This document shows positions 49,064-61,456 of a stretch of 64,000 nucleotides of DNA, piece after piece (position 1 is the first letter of the stretch; each line of letters starts with the position of its first letter). The DNA is from Felis catus (taxonomy: Eukaryota). A model generated the notes under the pieces. The model was not told the origin of the DNA. It ran no database searches and worked only from the letters and a program-made list of their open reading frames with translations. Position numbers and translations under genes: made by a program. The stretch spans positions 13,270,001 to 13,334,000 of the forward strand of contig NC_058383.1 in the NCBI RefSeq assembly GCF_018350175.1. The letters run 5' to 3'.

Positions 49064-49448
49064 GTAAGTTTATCTCAACTTGCACATGTGTGCCTTGCGT
49101 TGGCATTGATTTACTTCTATAATGTTCGCTCATTAGGATGTGAAAAAAAAAAAAAACCTAAGAAGTCCCCTCTCAGTGCAGACTGATAGCCATCCTTTTA
49201 GTAGGATTATTTTATTTTTAAAAGACATAACCTGTCGGGCCTCGTAGATCATGAGTCAGTCTGAGATGTGGGTCTCGTAGCCAGCACATTTCCTTCTCAC
49301 CTGGCAGTGTAAAGGAGACCTGATTGGCTCATGCCACCTTTCCTACATAAATGGTTTTTTTTTTTTTTTTTTAGTGGCAAGTGCCATGTCATGTGGAGGA
49401 TGGAATTCAGATTATGCACTGAGGTTTTTATTCACTTTTAAGATCTCT

Positions 49449-49570
49449 CTCTTTTTTTTCTTTAAAAGATTTTTATGTTTAAGTAGTCTCCACACCCTAC
49501 AGGGGGCTCCAGTCTACAACCCTGAGATCAAGAGTTGGACGTTCCCCCAACTCGGCCAGCCAGGTGCCCC
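49449..49570 (-). mobile_element. Short old carnivore tRNA-derived SINE (SINEC_old-like)
   Basis: ~120 nt ending gccagccaggtgcccc with no CT segment; 16-bp TSD cactt(t/g)taagatctct at 49433-49448 and 49571-49586. Confidence 0.85.
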
Positions 49571-52224
49571 CACTTGTAAGATCTCTTAAAGAACTTTCCC
49601 ACATATGTAGGGAATTGCCTTCTTTAAAAAATTATTTTGGTGAGAGGTGGTGGTTTAATGGATGTTTTCCCTTACAGTCTGAGTACGTGGCCTTTAGATT
49701 TCCTTTCAGCAATCATGGAACTCCTCATTTTAGCAAATATAAGTGTATTATGTTATTTCTAGACATTTCTTTGTCCTTTGGGAGGGGTGGGATGGTGTCC
49801 TACCTCCGGGATTATCTCATAGATAATTCTCTCGTAGAGAAATTGTCATTTCATTTCTTTTATTTATAGCAAAATTACCCTTTTTGGATTCAATAATCTT
49901 TTTCAAGATATAAGTAAACAAGAGTTACAAATAGGCATTATTTACACAACAGGAAAACATGCCAGTGTGGACGGTCTTTTTTTTTTTTTTTTTTTTGGTG
50001 GTATTTAAAGGAATCATTTCTGAATGATGAGCATTGTTACTCTGCCTGCTCAGCATTTTCTGAGAAAATAATGAAATAATGAAAATAAAGTGGAAAATAA
50101 TTACTGATTCAGTTTAGTTGCCTTTAAATTCCTTTCCCCTAAAATGCTAATTATGCTGGTTTTCTTCTGCCCACACATTTCTCTTGATAACATTAAATAT
50201 ATGAAAACCAGCATCATTTCATTGAATGATAAGTCTTTTCCAAGCTTGGCAGAAGTAGCATTTTCTAAATGTTGATTTTTTTATCTTAATCTATGATAAT
50301 GAGAAAAAGGAGAAGGATAAAGATTTTTTGGTACCTGTTTAATACAGTCAGCACGCTTTTGCTTGCTCCGTATTGTGGCTGAATATTCATGCTTCCAGAA
50401 ACAAGCAGGATGCTGAAGCAGTCGAAATAACAGAAGTAGCCCATCTGCCATGCCTTCACACCAGGCTGGATGTGGGTTGAGATGCTGGAAGTAAAATCTG
50501 GAGACTGCCAGTGTCTCTTCTCTGTCCAAAAGCTAAATTATCCCTCTTGGCTTTCTTCAGTAGAGCAAGGCCAAAACCACTAACTTAGCCCTTGATCACT
50601 TTGAGACTGAACGTTCCTGGTATTTTTTTCTATTGTCAGTATGATCACCCTGAAAGAAGAAAGTCATCTCTAGAAACATCAAGAAGTTTATTATGCTTTT
50701 TGTCACTTATTTTTCTCATTTCAGGAGTGTTTATTTTTTATTCCTTAATAATACACACTTATGAGAAGAGTCTGCAGTTATGAATCTAAAATGATTTTTA
50801 CATTCACGCTCTGTAGGATGAGTATAAAAGTTTGTCTTTTGGTGAAATTGCTCTTAGTATTGCTTTGCTTACATAAAAAAAATCTGTAGTATTATTAGCT
50901 TACATGGAAAAGATACGTCCCAGATGCATGTTCAGCTCTCAACTATGACAAAAATGCTCTACTTAGAATGTGTTTCCAATAATGGGATTATTGTGTTATC
51001 AAAGTGCAAAATCCATTGATACTACTGCCAAGTTCTCATCAAAAAGTGTCTTCTGTTTCAACTTTCATTCCAACGATAGCAAATATAATACTTGATTTCA
51101 GGTGCCAACATCAGCATTGGTGAGTTTTATGCTTCTAGGTGGAAATAGTATATGCACAACTTATAGTAGTTTTGCGTTAACATGTTCTTTGCACTGTGCT
51201 TTATGATCTGTGATTTCATATTAGCCTTTACTAATGTCTGTAATGAAGGCTCAGCATCAGGTAAGTGAGATGTCGACTCTATCCTTAATTCTTTTCAGCA
51301 TCTCTTTCAAGTGTGGACGGAGGCAAATCACCTGCAGAGTCACAGAGCTATTAATGCTATTGAACCATAATGTGAACTCTGGTATAAGAAAACTGAAGGC
51401 ACTCACCTATTGGGTTTAACAACCTGGAACTCTTTTTTTAAATACTCTCCCATGCCCCAGCATTAGTCTAACTTCAGGATTTTCTTTCATTTAGATTTTA
51501 TGCTCTCATAGAGCTTTTAGTGAACTAAGGTAAAATGCTGATCATTGTGTGTGCTAATCAAATGAATCCCCACTGGAGTACACGCACACACACACAGGCA
51601 TATGCGTGTGCCAGCCCACACCCCGTGTCCATAGCCAGTATATTCTGCCTTCCTTCAGTTCTTTTCATTTATCAGTAGTGATAAGTTAAAACATTTAAAG
51701 AAGAACCCTTTGTTTTCTTTTTAGTCATATTTGTTTATATCTCTTTGGTTTTGTGTTCCAAAGATGTCTGCTTAGGTCTGTTACTTTTCCAATTCATTTA
51801 TAAGCTGAAGATTTGAGAAATGAGAACAGCAGCTAAAATCAGTATTTACATAAGCATATTGCAAAGGATTCTTAAAGTAGACAAAATAAAGAAGGATTGG
51901 AACAAACTTTTCACATTTTTGGGAGCTTTTGAATAATGTGGGTGTTATACACACAGAGAGACACGCATATATATTCATTGCATACTCAAGCCCAGCTCAT
52001 GTTCTAAATATAAATGGAAGTATAGACTGGTTGGAATCTATTTGCTTTTTTTTTTGATTTTTTTTATTTTTGGCAAGAGTACCAAAACTTGTTGGAGTGT
52101 GTGGGGTTTTTCTTTCTTTCTTTTTTTTTTTTTTTAAACCTTAATGCAGTGAACACGTTTTCATTTTAATTTAAATGTTTTGGGCTATATTCTCTTCTTA
52201 TACTTGTATTTGAAGTGTTATTGT

Positions 52225-52380
52225 GCATAGTGGATAATTAAGAACTTAGAGACAGAATGATCTGAAGACTACTTGTGTGACCTTGGGCAGGTTATTTGAT
52301 GTTTGAGAGTCTGCACCCACCTAATAGAGTTGTGAATGCACACAGAACAGCTCTCATTAATAGCCAGCTATTCCCATTAT
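52225..52380 (+). mobile_element. MIR SINE
   Basis: catagtggataattaagaac...cttgtgtgaccttgggcaggttattt...cacctaatagagttgtga. Confidence 0.7.
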
Positions 52381-53842
52381 AGTGTGTGATGGACAAAACT
52401 TGCTGTCATTAAGTGGCTGTGTGATGTTGTGGTTGGTAGAGGATTACCACGAGAAATTAGTGATGCAAGAAGGAAAATTTGGAATTTGTAGCTGTAGGTC
52501 AGGAATACTTGATTCTTGATATATTCTTGTCCCTTTCTGAGGAGCCTGTAACTGTGTGTTTGGTCAGCCGTATACCACTTTACTACACATGTGAACAAAA
52601 AACAAATATGGAGTTCATTGTCTGTGATCCTCTATGATCACCATGATGTTGGAATGAACCATTCTAGGCTGTCCATGTATTATGGTTGTTTAATTTGTCT
52701 CTTAAAGCCATTTGTTTACTTTCTTCCTCAGACCTGAGTCATTTAAAGACTGCAAACAGCTCTTGAATTTGGGCTGGAGGGTAGGAAAGATCTGTGCAAT
52801 ACGTTCAGGTGTTACGAGGTTGTGTCATGTATTTGCTGCTCTCTGACACCAAAAAGGAAAGTAGATACCCTAGTGTACCTGAGTGAAGTAAGCAAAGTCA
52901 GTAGAGTGACAAGACCAGTAAAACCATCTCCTGGTTGCCAGTGGTCTGATGTGTCATCACAGGAAGGTTCTGGACTCGTTCTTTACAAGCCCTGGACTCC
53001 ATCTGCCAGTAGTTGGTAGCTACTGTTGGTGTAGGAGTTGACTGACTTGTCAGGCTGAACCTGACCCCTGGTGTAAAGGAAGCTTTCGTTTGTTCTGGTC
53101 ATGTGTCCTGCCTGCTTCTCTGGACAACTTTCAGCCTTCTTCCAGGTGTGAATCTAAGTGTCTTAGGCCCATAGTCTCAAATAGCTTGGATCCCGCTTTT
53201 GTAAACTCCAGTCATCCAGAGATATTTTCATAATTGTTCCCAAATAGTAACTTTAATTCTCCTCAGTTGCCTCACATCTATCAATATACATACTTTAAGA
53301 TTATCAAGGAAACCAAAACACTACTACCTAATGATTAAAACTACCACTTTATGTGATAAAGGGGAATTGTGTGGTGGTACATGTCTTAACATGGGATGTG
53401 TGCATTCCTGTGCAGTCTTACTACTTAAGAAATTGTGTTTGTAGTGTTGGTAACAGGCAATGGGTGCAAAATATTCACCTGTGGCTTTCCATCAGAGCTA
53501 TAAGGTCATAAAAGGATTAAATTCTTTGCCATCTTCTAAGTTTTTGACTGCAGACCCTGAAATATCTCCTGTTTTTCTTCGAATAATGTGGGTGTTTTTT
53601 TGTTTTGTTTGTTTGTTTTTCAAGACTGGGCTTTTCTTTTAACAGACACTTCTGACTTTTTGTCTTTCACTAAGTACTAAGCACCTTCTCCATCAGGCAC
53701 TGTTCTAGGTGATAGGTTACAGATGTGAAAAATCAGTGGGCCCTCTCAAGGAATTTAGTCTTCCCTAAACCACCCAGTTCCTTTCCTTCCTCTGTGATGG
53801 TTTTAATATTTTTGATACTTCGCATTTAAAGAAGTGGATTTA

Positions 53843-54059
53843 GAGGCGCCTGGGTGGTTCAATCAGTTGAGTGTCTGACTTCAGCTCAGGTCATGATCTC
53901 GCAGTCCATGGGTTTGAGCCCATGTCGGGCTCTGTGCTGACAGCTCAAAGCCTGGAGCCTGCTTCCGATTCTGTGTCTCCCTGTCCCTCTGCCCCACCCC
54001 TGCTCACGCTGTGTCTCTCTTGTCTCTCAAAAATGAATAAAGTTATACAAAATTTTTTT
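53843..54059 (+). mobile_element. Felid Can-SINE (SINEC_Fc2-like)
   Basis: gaggcgcctgggtggttcaatcagttgag..., CT segment, A-tail, degenerate TSD aagtg(g/c)attta. Confidence 0.92.
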
Positions 54060-55124
54060 AAAGTAAGTGCATTTAGGCTCTACAGAGAACCTGACATTCT
54101 TCCCCTTTATAATGTTTCTCTGGGTTTTAAGTTTACAAATGCACCTATATCCACCTGGTCTTAATTGCAACCCCACGCAGAGCCATCGTCCTCCCCACCT
54201 GCCAGTACTTGCTGGTATTGCTGGGAGAGAATTTTGTATTCGAGTATTTAATCATAACCTGTCAAATGCTTAAAGATAAATGATGCTGAGTATTTTAACA
54301 TGTCTCCCAAATAAGACTCTAATATTTATATTTATTAATAATTAACTCTGGGTAAATGAATTTTTGGCCATTATTTATTTACTGACAAGTTTCCATTGTA
54401 ATGGAAATTTCTTAAAAATCTCAGTTCCGTCAGAGATCTCCAGTAGTTTTGGGTCATTTGGATTCATTGATAAAGATTGAGTTAGAAAACAGCACACCAG
54501 ATGGAGAGTACAGTGCATTTTAATTGTCAAACATATATTAAACATCTTTTCTTCGTTCTTAAGGTAAATAAGATGTAAGTATTTATAAGGGTCAATTATG
54601 AATTATAGCAGGATTAAGTTGTGCAGAACTTAATGGATATTGAGATTCTCAACAGATAAAGAAAAAGGTGGAACAAAGTTTGAGGCAACAAAGGTAAGAG
54701 CACAGAGAATGGAATTCCACATTGTGTGGAATTGCTTTGACTGTATCATGTTTCTGGAAAAAGGCTGGACTTGGGTTGGTTAATTATAGGGAATGATTTA
54801 TAGGTAGATATGGACTTGATGCTACTGATCTGTTAAAAATAAGAAAGATGTGAAGCCCAGAATTGATGACTGTGATGCTACTTTTATTTGGAATAGGAAT
54901 CCCAAGAAGGAGAAATTGGATTTTAGGAAGCTGGTGAGTTTGGAAGTTAGAGTAGGGAGTTAGAAGTTTTGGTGTGTATATATCTTCAATGGTAGCTTAG
55001 GGAGGTGGCCAAAGTAATGGCAAGAACAAAACATTGCCATGCAAATTGAAATCTGTGTTAAAACATGTGAGAATTTCAGCATGTCCTTAAAATTCAGCCT
55101 TATGCTTATCAGAAAATATCTTAG

Positions 55125-55221
55125 GGGGCACCTGGGTGGCTCAATCAGTCAAGCATCTGACTCTTGATTTTGGCTCAGGTCATGATCCCACGCTTTGTGA
55201 GATCAAGCCCTGCATCAGGCT
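55125..55221 (+). mobile_element. Can-SINE 5' half only (no tail)
   Basis: ggggcacctgggtggctcaatc...gagatcaagccctgcatcaggct, then an abrupt switch to unrelated sequence. Confidence 0.85.
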
Positions 55222-55380
55222 AATTATAGGGGATATGGAACAAAGCCAGGGAAGGAGTTGGGTGATTTTGAAATGATCTATTTACTATGCAGAAACATTT
55301 GGGTAAATGAAATCAATTGCTCTTCCCAGTGGTAAAAAGTTACCATGATTTTGAACTATAACCTTTAAAATACTAGCCTG

Positions 55381-55600
55381 AGGAACACCTGGGAGGCCCA
55401 TTTGGTTAAGCATCTGACTCAATTTGGGCTCAGGTCATGATCTCATGGTTCATGGGTTTGAGCCCTACGTCAAGCTCCATGCTTACAGTGTGGAGCCTGC
55501 TTGGGATTCTTTGTCTTTCTGCCCCTCACCCGATCGTGTTCATTCGTTCTTTCTCTCTCTCTCCCTTTCTCTCTCTCTCTCAAAAATAAATAAACATTAA
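55381..55600 (+). mobile_element. Older Can-SINE, first of a tandem pair
   Basis: Diverged head aggaacacctgggagg, body, (CT)n and A-tail. Confidence 0.88.
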
Positions 55601-55613
55601 AAAATACTATCCT

Positions 55614-55832
55614 GGGGACGCCTGAGTGGCTCAGTTGGCGGAGTGTCCGACTTCAGCTCAAGTCATGATCTCACAGTCTGTGAGTTTGAGCCCCGCGTCG
55701 GGCTCTGTGCTGACAGCTCAGAGCCTGGAGCCTGCTTCTAATTCTGTGTTTCCCTCTCTCTCTGCTCCTCCCCTGCTTGCGATCTGTCTCTGTCTCAAAA
55801 ATGAAAACATTAAAAAAAAATTAAAAATAAAT
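55614..55832 (+). mobile_element. Felid Can-SINE (SINEC_Fc2-like), second of a tandem pair
   Basis: ggggacgcctgagtggctcag..., A-tail; TSD aaatactatcct. Confidence 0.92.
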
Positions 55833-56056
55833 AAATACTATCCTAAACTATAATTTTCTGTTACAAAGTAACAAAATCCAAATCTACACTGAAGTAGGTG
55901 TTTTGATAAGACTAGAAACCACAGAATAAATCTTAGTTACCCTGAATGGTCGGTTTATATCTGGACTGAGTATCTGTTTGGACAGGCTCCTCTGCATAGT
56001 CACCAGTAAACCCTAATTTCAGGAGCCTTAGACTAAAAATATCATTGTATTTTCCA

Positions 56057-56246
<190 letters not shown>

Positions 56247-57253
56247 GTTTTTGACGGGGTATGATTACTCTTCATTTTGGGAACAGGATCAGTGAGCCAA
56301 GAGCAACATATCCCAACGATGTGAACGTTAACAGGTTCAATTCTGGTTTGTAGACCTTTCATCCTTTGCAGGATCTGCACAGTGAGAGGCCTCTTCCAGC
56401 TCACCCTGAGGAAATTGTCTTCTAGCTCCACAGTTTTAGTTTCAACTTTTTCATGCAGTACAAAGGAATTGAGAAATTTGGTGAACAGGGTAGTCGGATG
56501 AGAAACGATCATATGGTATTTCTAGTTACCACTCATCCCTCCACACTCTTGTCTTCTGAGCATTTCCATGAGGAGATAGGCCAGGTATTTTTAAACATCT
56601 GCTGTCCACAGGAGTCTTTGTTGTTGGCTGTTGCAAACTCTAATTGAGGAGATAAGAACAAAGTGCAGGTGCTCCTGATGGATGTGAGGAAATAGCCCTG
56701 GGCCTGTTCTTCCTGTCCCCTCCAGCCTTCTCCTGACCCCTCAGATTTGGAAAATATAAATCATTTTGGAAAAAAAGAAGGTTTTACAAGTCACAGGACT
56801 AGTTAATTGCTTATTAAAGGGCCTTTGGTTCTGATATGCCAAGATCCATGATTCTGGCTACCTTACACCTAAATGTTTGCCATGTGGGGCCAGTGCTTGT
56901 GATCGGTTTTGCTGCCTCTCTTTGCTCTCCTTTGAACCATAGAAGGCAAGGCCATGGGCCCCTTAGTACCTAATGAACACTGCTTTTCAGTGTCAGCAGT
57001 GAAAGAAGTCCACATTGCAATTGAGTGGCCAAGTCTGCCTTTCTTGGAAATTAATAATGGATAATGTTTTATATTTGTGTTACTCAGGGTGTAGCCCATA
57101 GAAATATTGAGGCTTTACTCTCGTTCTCTTGCATGGCTAGTGTATCTTGTCAGCCACAGAGGTGATTATCAGCAAAGACTGTTTAGCAGTGTGTATCCAC
57201 AATCCCAGAGGGAATGGACAGGCCACTGTCATGGAATTCAGAAAGTCACTTTA

Positions 57254-57364
57254 TTTCCTCTTTCTTCCCTTCCCATTTCCTTCCCCTTCTCTTCCTTCTC
57301 CTTCTCCTTCTCCTTCTCCTTCTCCTTCTCTTCTCCTTTTCCTTTCCTTTTTTTTTCTTTTTCT
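57254..57364. repeat. (TCCTTC)n-containing polypyrimidine tract
   Basis: Read directly in the sequence. Confidence 0.9.
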
Positions 57365-59047
57365 AATGCTGGCTTCAAAGACGTTGTCCCATTCTTGTTG
57401 AAGATTTCCAGTTTATAGAAATGTGGAATTAGTTGGTATGAGCTATATATAAAATGAGCCACGGGCAGTATGAAATACCAAGGTTTACTCTGACTACCCA
57501 CACAACCTTTATTTTTGATAGATTTAACTGCCCTGGAGTTTTATGGGCTATCAATCAGAATCTCGGGTCAAAGGACTCATTCCTTTGCTTAACTCCTTTA
57601 AAAAAATATTTTTCCTGAAATTGTAAATTAGATGCCTCCCTATCCATTGCGTAAGAAACTTACAGCTTTGTGAAACACCAGGAGTATCATTTGAAAAGAG
57701 GTTAAAAAACACAACTGGGGCTTGTTAAAGAGGAAAAGTGCTATTTTAACTCCCAGTGTCACATTTTCCTATAGTCAGCTCCAGCAGTAAACAAGAGTTA
57801 TTGGAAGCTTAGATAGCTTGAGACACTTCACCTATCTCCTGATACTTGACTTCAGAAGCCAAACATTTAAAATGCATTTTGCTCGTGTAAAAATGTTTAT
57901 CCATTTAAAATACAATGTCATTTTAACAAAAGCACCCTGGTGACAAGCTGTTTAGATATGGCACAGTTAATAAACTGTCAGGTCCTATACACATATATGT
58001 GAAAGGACCAGCACAGTTACCCAAGGCTTGGCATTATAAATCACTGTTAACAAACCTTAATTTGCTTGCTAGGCTAATGAATGATCTCCAATTTTCCTGT
58101 AGTAATTAGCTTCACTAACAGTCATGTTTAAAGGGGCCTGCCTTATACTACACTTAATTTCTGCTCTGAAATCTTTGATGCCTGGTTTGCAGGATGGAAA
58201 AAAAAAAACAGAATGGAAAAGAAAAAGGAAAAGAAAAGAAAAAAGAAAAAACCTATCAGTCTCCATTGACAACTGTCTTGTAATAAATCCAGATTGTGGC
58301 TATTCTCAAGTAGAAGCGTTGCCAAAGGTGATGACTGTCTATTAGGGCTTATAAACTGTAATGTACTAGCAGATTTGCAATGGAGTGGTGAAGCCAGATA
58401 ATTGCAGTGTTTCCTGTCTAAATGTGCTGCTGTGTGTAGTGGCCTCTGATTTTAAGGAGCCATTAAAAATGCAGCAAGGCGTAACAGCTGTGGTTCCTAG
58501 TATACTCCTAATATTTCATACATTCATCACATCTCATAAAATCTTGCCCAGACCAACAAATGACTATGTGTACAGCTAGCCTGCCACAGAAGCAAATTGA
58601 GGAGAGACTGAGTCATGCAGGTAGCATTACAGAGACCCACCAAGAACTCACCTAAGCCTACAGTGTACCATCATTCTCTTTTTTACTCCCAAGAATTCTA
58701 GTTCCATTTCAGGCCCTAGAGAGAACATTCACATTTTACCTTTTGCAAGAGGATCCTAACTGTAACCTACTTTTTCCTACCTTGGTGAGAAATAGGCCTG
58801 ACTTTGCCAAGGGAAGGCAGGGCTGTGTCCTGTGCAGAGAAAGTCGTGGGAAGTTGGCATCTCAATTCTCAACCCAAAAGAGACAAGAAATTTGGTTCCT
58901 TCGTAATTTATTAGAATTACATTTGAAAAATAACTTTGTAACACAACTAGCAATACGATACAAAAACCTGATTTCTCTGAACAAAAGGAGCATTAATACT
59001 AGAACATTCTAGGAAGCAAAGGAAACTACAGAAGCTAATGTTTTTCT

Positions 59048-59287
59048 TTTTTTTTTTTAATTTTTTTTTTTAAATTTTTTTCAACGTTTATTTATTTTTG
59101 GGACAGAGAGAGACAGAGCATGAACGGGGGAGGGGCAGAGAGAGAGAGGGAGACACAGAATCGGAAGCAGGCTCCAGGCTCTGAGCCATCAGCCCAGAAC
59201 CTGACGCGGGGCTCGAACTTACGGACTACGAGATCGTGACCTGAGCTGAAGTCGGACGCTTAACCGACTGAGCCACCCAGGCACCCC
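59048..59287 (-). mobile_element. Young felid Can-SINE (SINEC_Fc-type)
   Basis: Long T-tail, many CpGs retained; TSD gctaat(at)gtttttct. Confidence 0.94.
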
Positions 59288-59493
59288 GCTAATATGTTTT
59301 TCTAGTCAGACATTAAGCAGGTAGGCATCATAACCAAATGGAAGTCTTAAGCTGCGTTTGGAAAAACGCATAATATAGTCACAAGTTATTTTCATCTGTT
59401 TGTAAATCGCCAGCTTTCAGTTCGGTCATTAAAATAGATCTGTTATTTTGGCTTTACCTTAATAGACTTAGAGTTATAGAACCTCTGAGTCAT

Positions 59494-59716
59494 GGGGCAC
59501 CTGGGTGGCTCAGTCGGTTAAGCGTCCGACTTCGGCTCAGGTCATGATTCACGGTCCGTGGGTTTGGGCCCCGCGTCGGGCTCTGTGCTGACAGCTCAGA
59601 GCCTGGAGCCTGTTTCAGATTCTGTGTTTCCCTCTTTCTCTGACCCTCCCCTATTCATGCTATCTCTCTCTCTGTCTCAAAAATAAATAAATGTTAAAAA
59701 AAAATTAAAAAAAAAA
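59494..59716 (+). mobile_element. Young felid Can-SINE
   Basis: Full body, long A-tail; TSD agaacct(c/t)tgagtca. Confidence 0.94.
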
Positions 59717-59734
59717 AGAACCTTTGAGTCAGAA

Positions 59735-60190
59735 GGGATGTCACATGTCACCTTGTCTGACTGCCAGTCTGAAACTTAACTCGCAAAACTAAGTATTGTT
59801 AGAACGATGACCTCTGTCATCCTAGAAACTGCCCCTTTAGTTGGCGTAGCTGAAGATCATGCCACTTTTCTTGCCTCCTACACCTCCCTGTTCTTTTGAT
59901 TACAGTTAACTAACAGGTGTGTCTTTTCCATACATGGAACGATTACGCACAGACACATACATGCGTATATTGTTGAAGCTCATCTTGGTGAACGTAGTGT
60001 GCTAACCTGTGTCTGCCATCTGATACATCATTGCTTCTTCTTGGCACTGTGCTGGTGAACCCTGCCCATTGCCGGAAGTGTGATTTTTCCATCTTCATCC
60101 AGGTTGTTGACAACAAAGTATCAGCGCTGCTAGGTTTTCCTCATTGCTCTTTTTGCGATGTCTCTTCTTCATGGGATTTGATATGCGCTA
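59735..60190 (-). mobile_element. Possible ancient CR1/L3 LINE remnant
   Basis: ttttccatcttcatccaggttgttgacaacaaagtatcagc resembles antisense CR1/L3 RT sequence; very degenerate. Confidence 0.4.
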
Positions 60191-61456
60191 TCTGGCTTAT
60201 TACAGACTCTGGGTATTTATTTCCTTTGCTGATTTTTTTTTCTGAGCCTCAAAAATAAAACCAGACATTCTTCCTTTGTTTCGTTTATCCATACATACCT
60301 TTGGGAAGGGCTTTGAGACAGTCTGTGGACATGCTTAGTATACTATCTCTTTTTTCCTTTGTAGTCATCTTACCCAGTTAAAAAAAATTAACTGGACACT
60401 GTCGAATGCACACCTTTGTTCTGCTGCAGAATTACAAAGTAATTGACTATTAAAATATACTTATCATAGATTCTGTTGTGATGTGGGTATTCATAGCCAA
60501 GCCTCTTCAAATTATTCTAAGATATGTGAACAAGCAGTATTATCTAAAATAGATAAAAGGACACACTATAAAAGAGGTGCAACTTGATACAGTATTCATG
60601 TCATAACAGATATGCATGAGTAATAGAAAAAGGAGATAAACGAAAAACTTGCTATTATTTATAATAGGTCTGTGTTATAATACAGTTGCATCCTAAATGT
60701 CGAGTTCTTGAATTGTGACACATATTTAAATTTTGAATGCAGAAGAGATAATACATTTATTTTTGAAATTATTGCAAATTCTAAAGTGGTTGGGTCATGA
60801 AATTACATTTTTTTTTTTCATCTTCCAAATGAGGGTCAGATCAAGGTGCTCTTCAAAGGGGTCTTTCAGGGTCAGCCCATCTGTGGATATGTTGGTAGCG
60901 ATGCTGTCCAACTGATCAAGAGACCATGCACATTCCGGGACCATTTGTCTAAGTCATTTTGTGAATGAAAACAAATGAGCGTTGGAAACGGTATCTTTTC
61001 CAAAGTCCTACAACTAGGGGAAGAATTCAAGTTGAGAATTGAACTTCATAACAGAAAACTGTCCTGCCAATAAGCCGAATACTTATTTCACATTGAGCAA
61101 TAGGGAAATAGCATTGGCTTTTGTTTTTCTTTTTCTTAACCTTTCAGGAACATAGGCCAAAGGGTGAGTTCTATCTCTCTCTTTGTTCTACCTCCCTAAC
61201 TAGACATTAAAGCACATGGATCCTTCTCGTTTCACCAAAGCATAAAACTTTGGTCTTTCCCATCCGAAAAAAAGGTTATGTAAGTGTTTTGTTTAATATT
61301 CACACCTCATAATATGTATAGGCCAATTTAAATAAAGCCCCACTCTCCCATGCAAGGGAGTGGACTAGACTAGGCCACAACTTTCTGAAAACTCTTTCCT
61401 GGGAAGGCTTCAGTTTTATTTTTTGGTTTTTGTTTTTGTTGTGGTGGTGGTGGTGG

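Noticed and set aside
48956..49186. 76-aa ORF containing SSAPSSLGTGYF
   Set aside because: Only 49028-49063 is bounded by splice sites; the rest is intron in the same frame.
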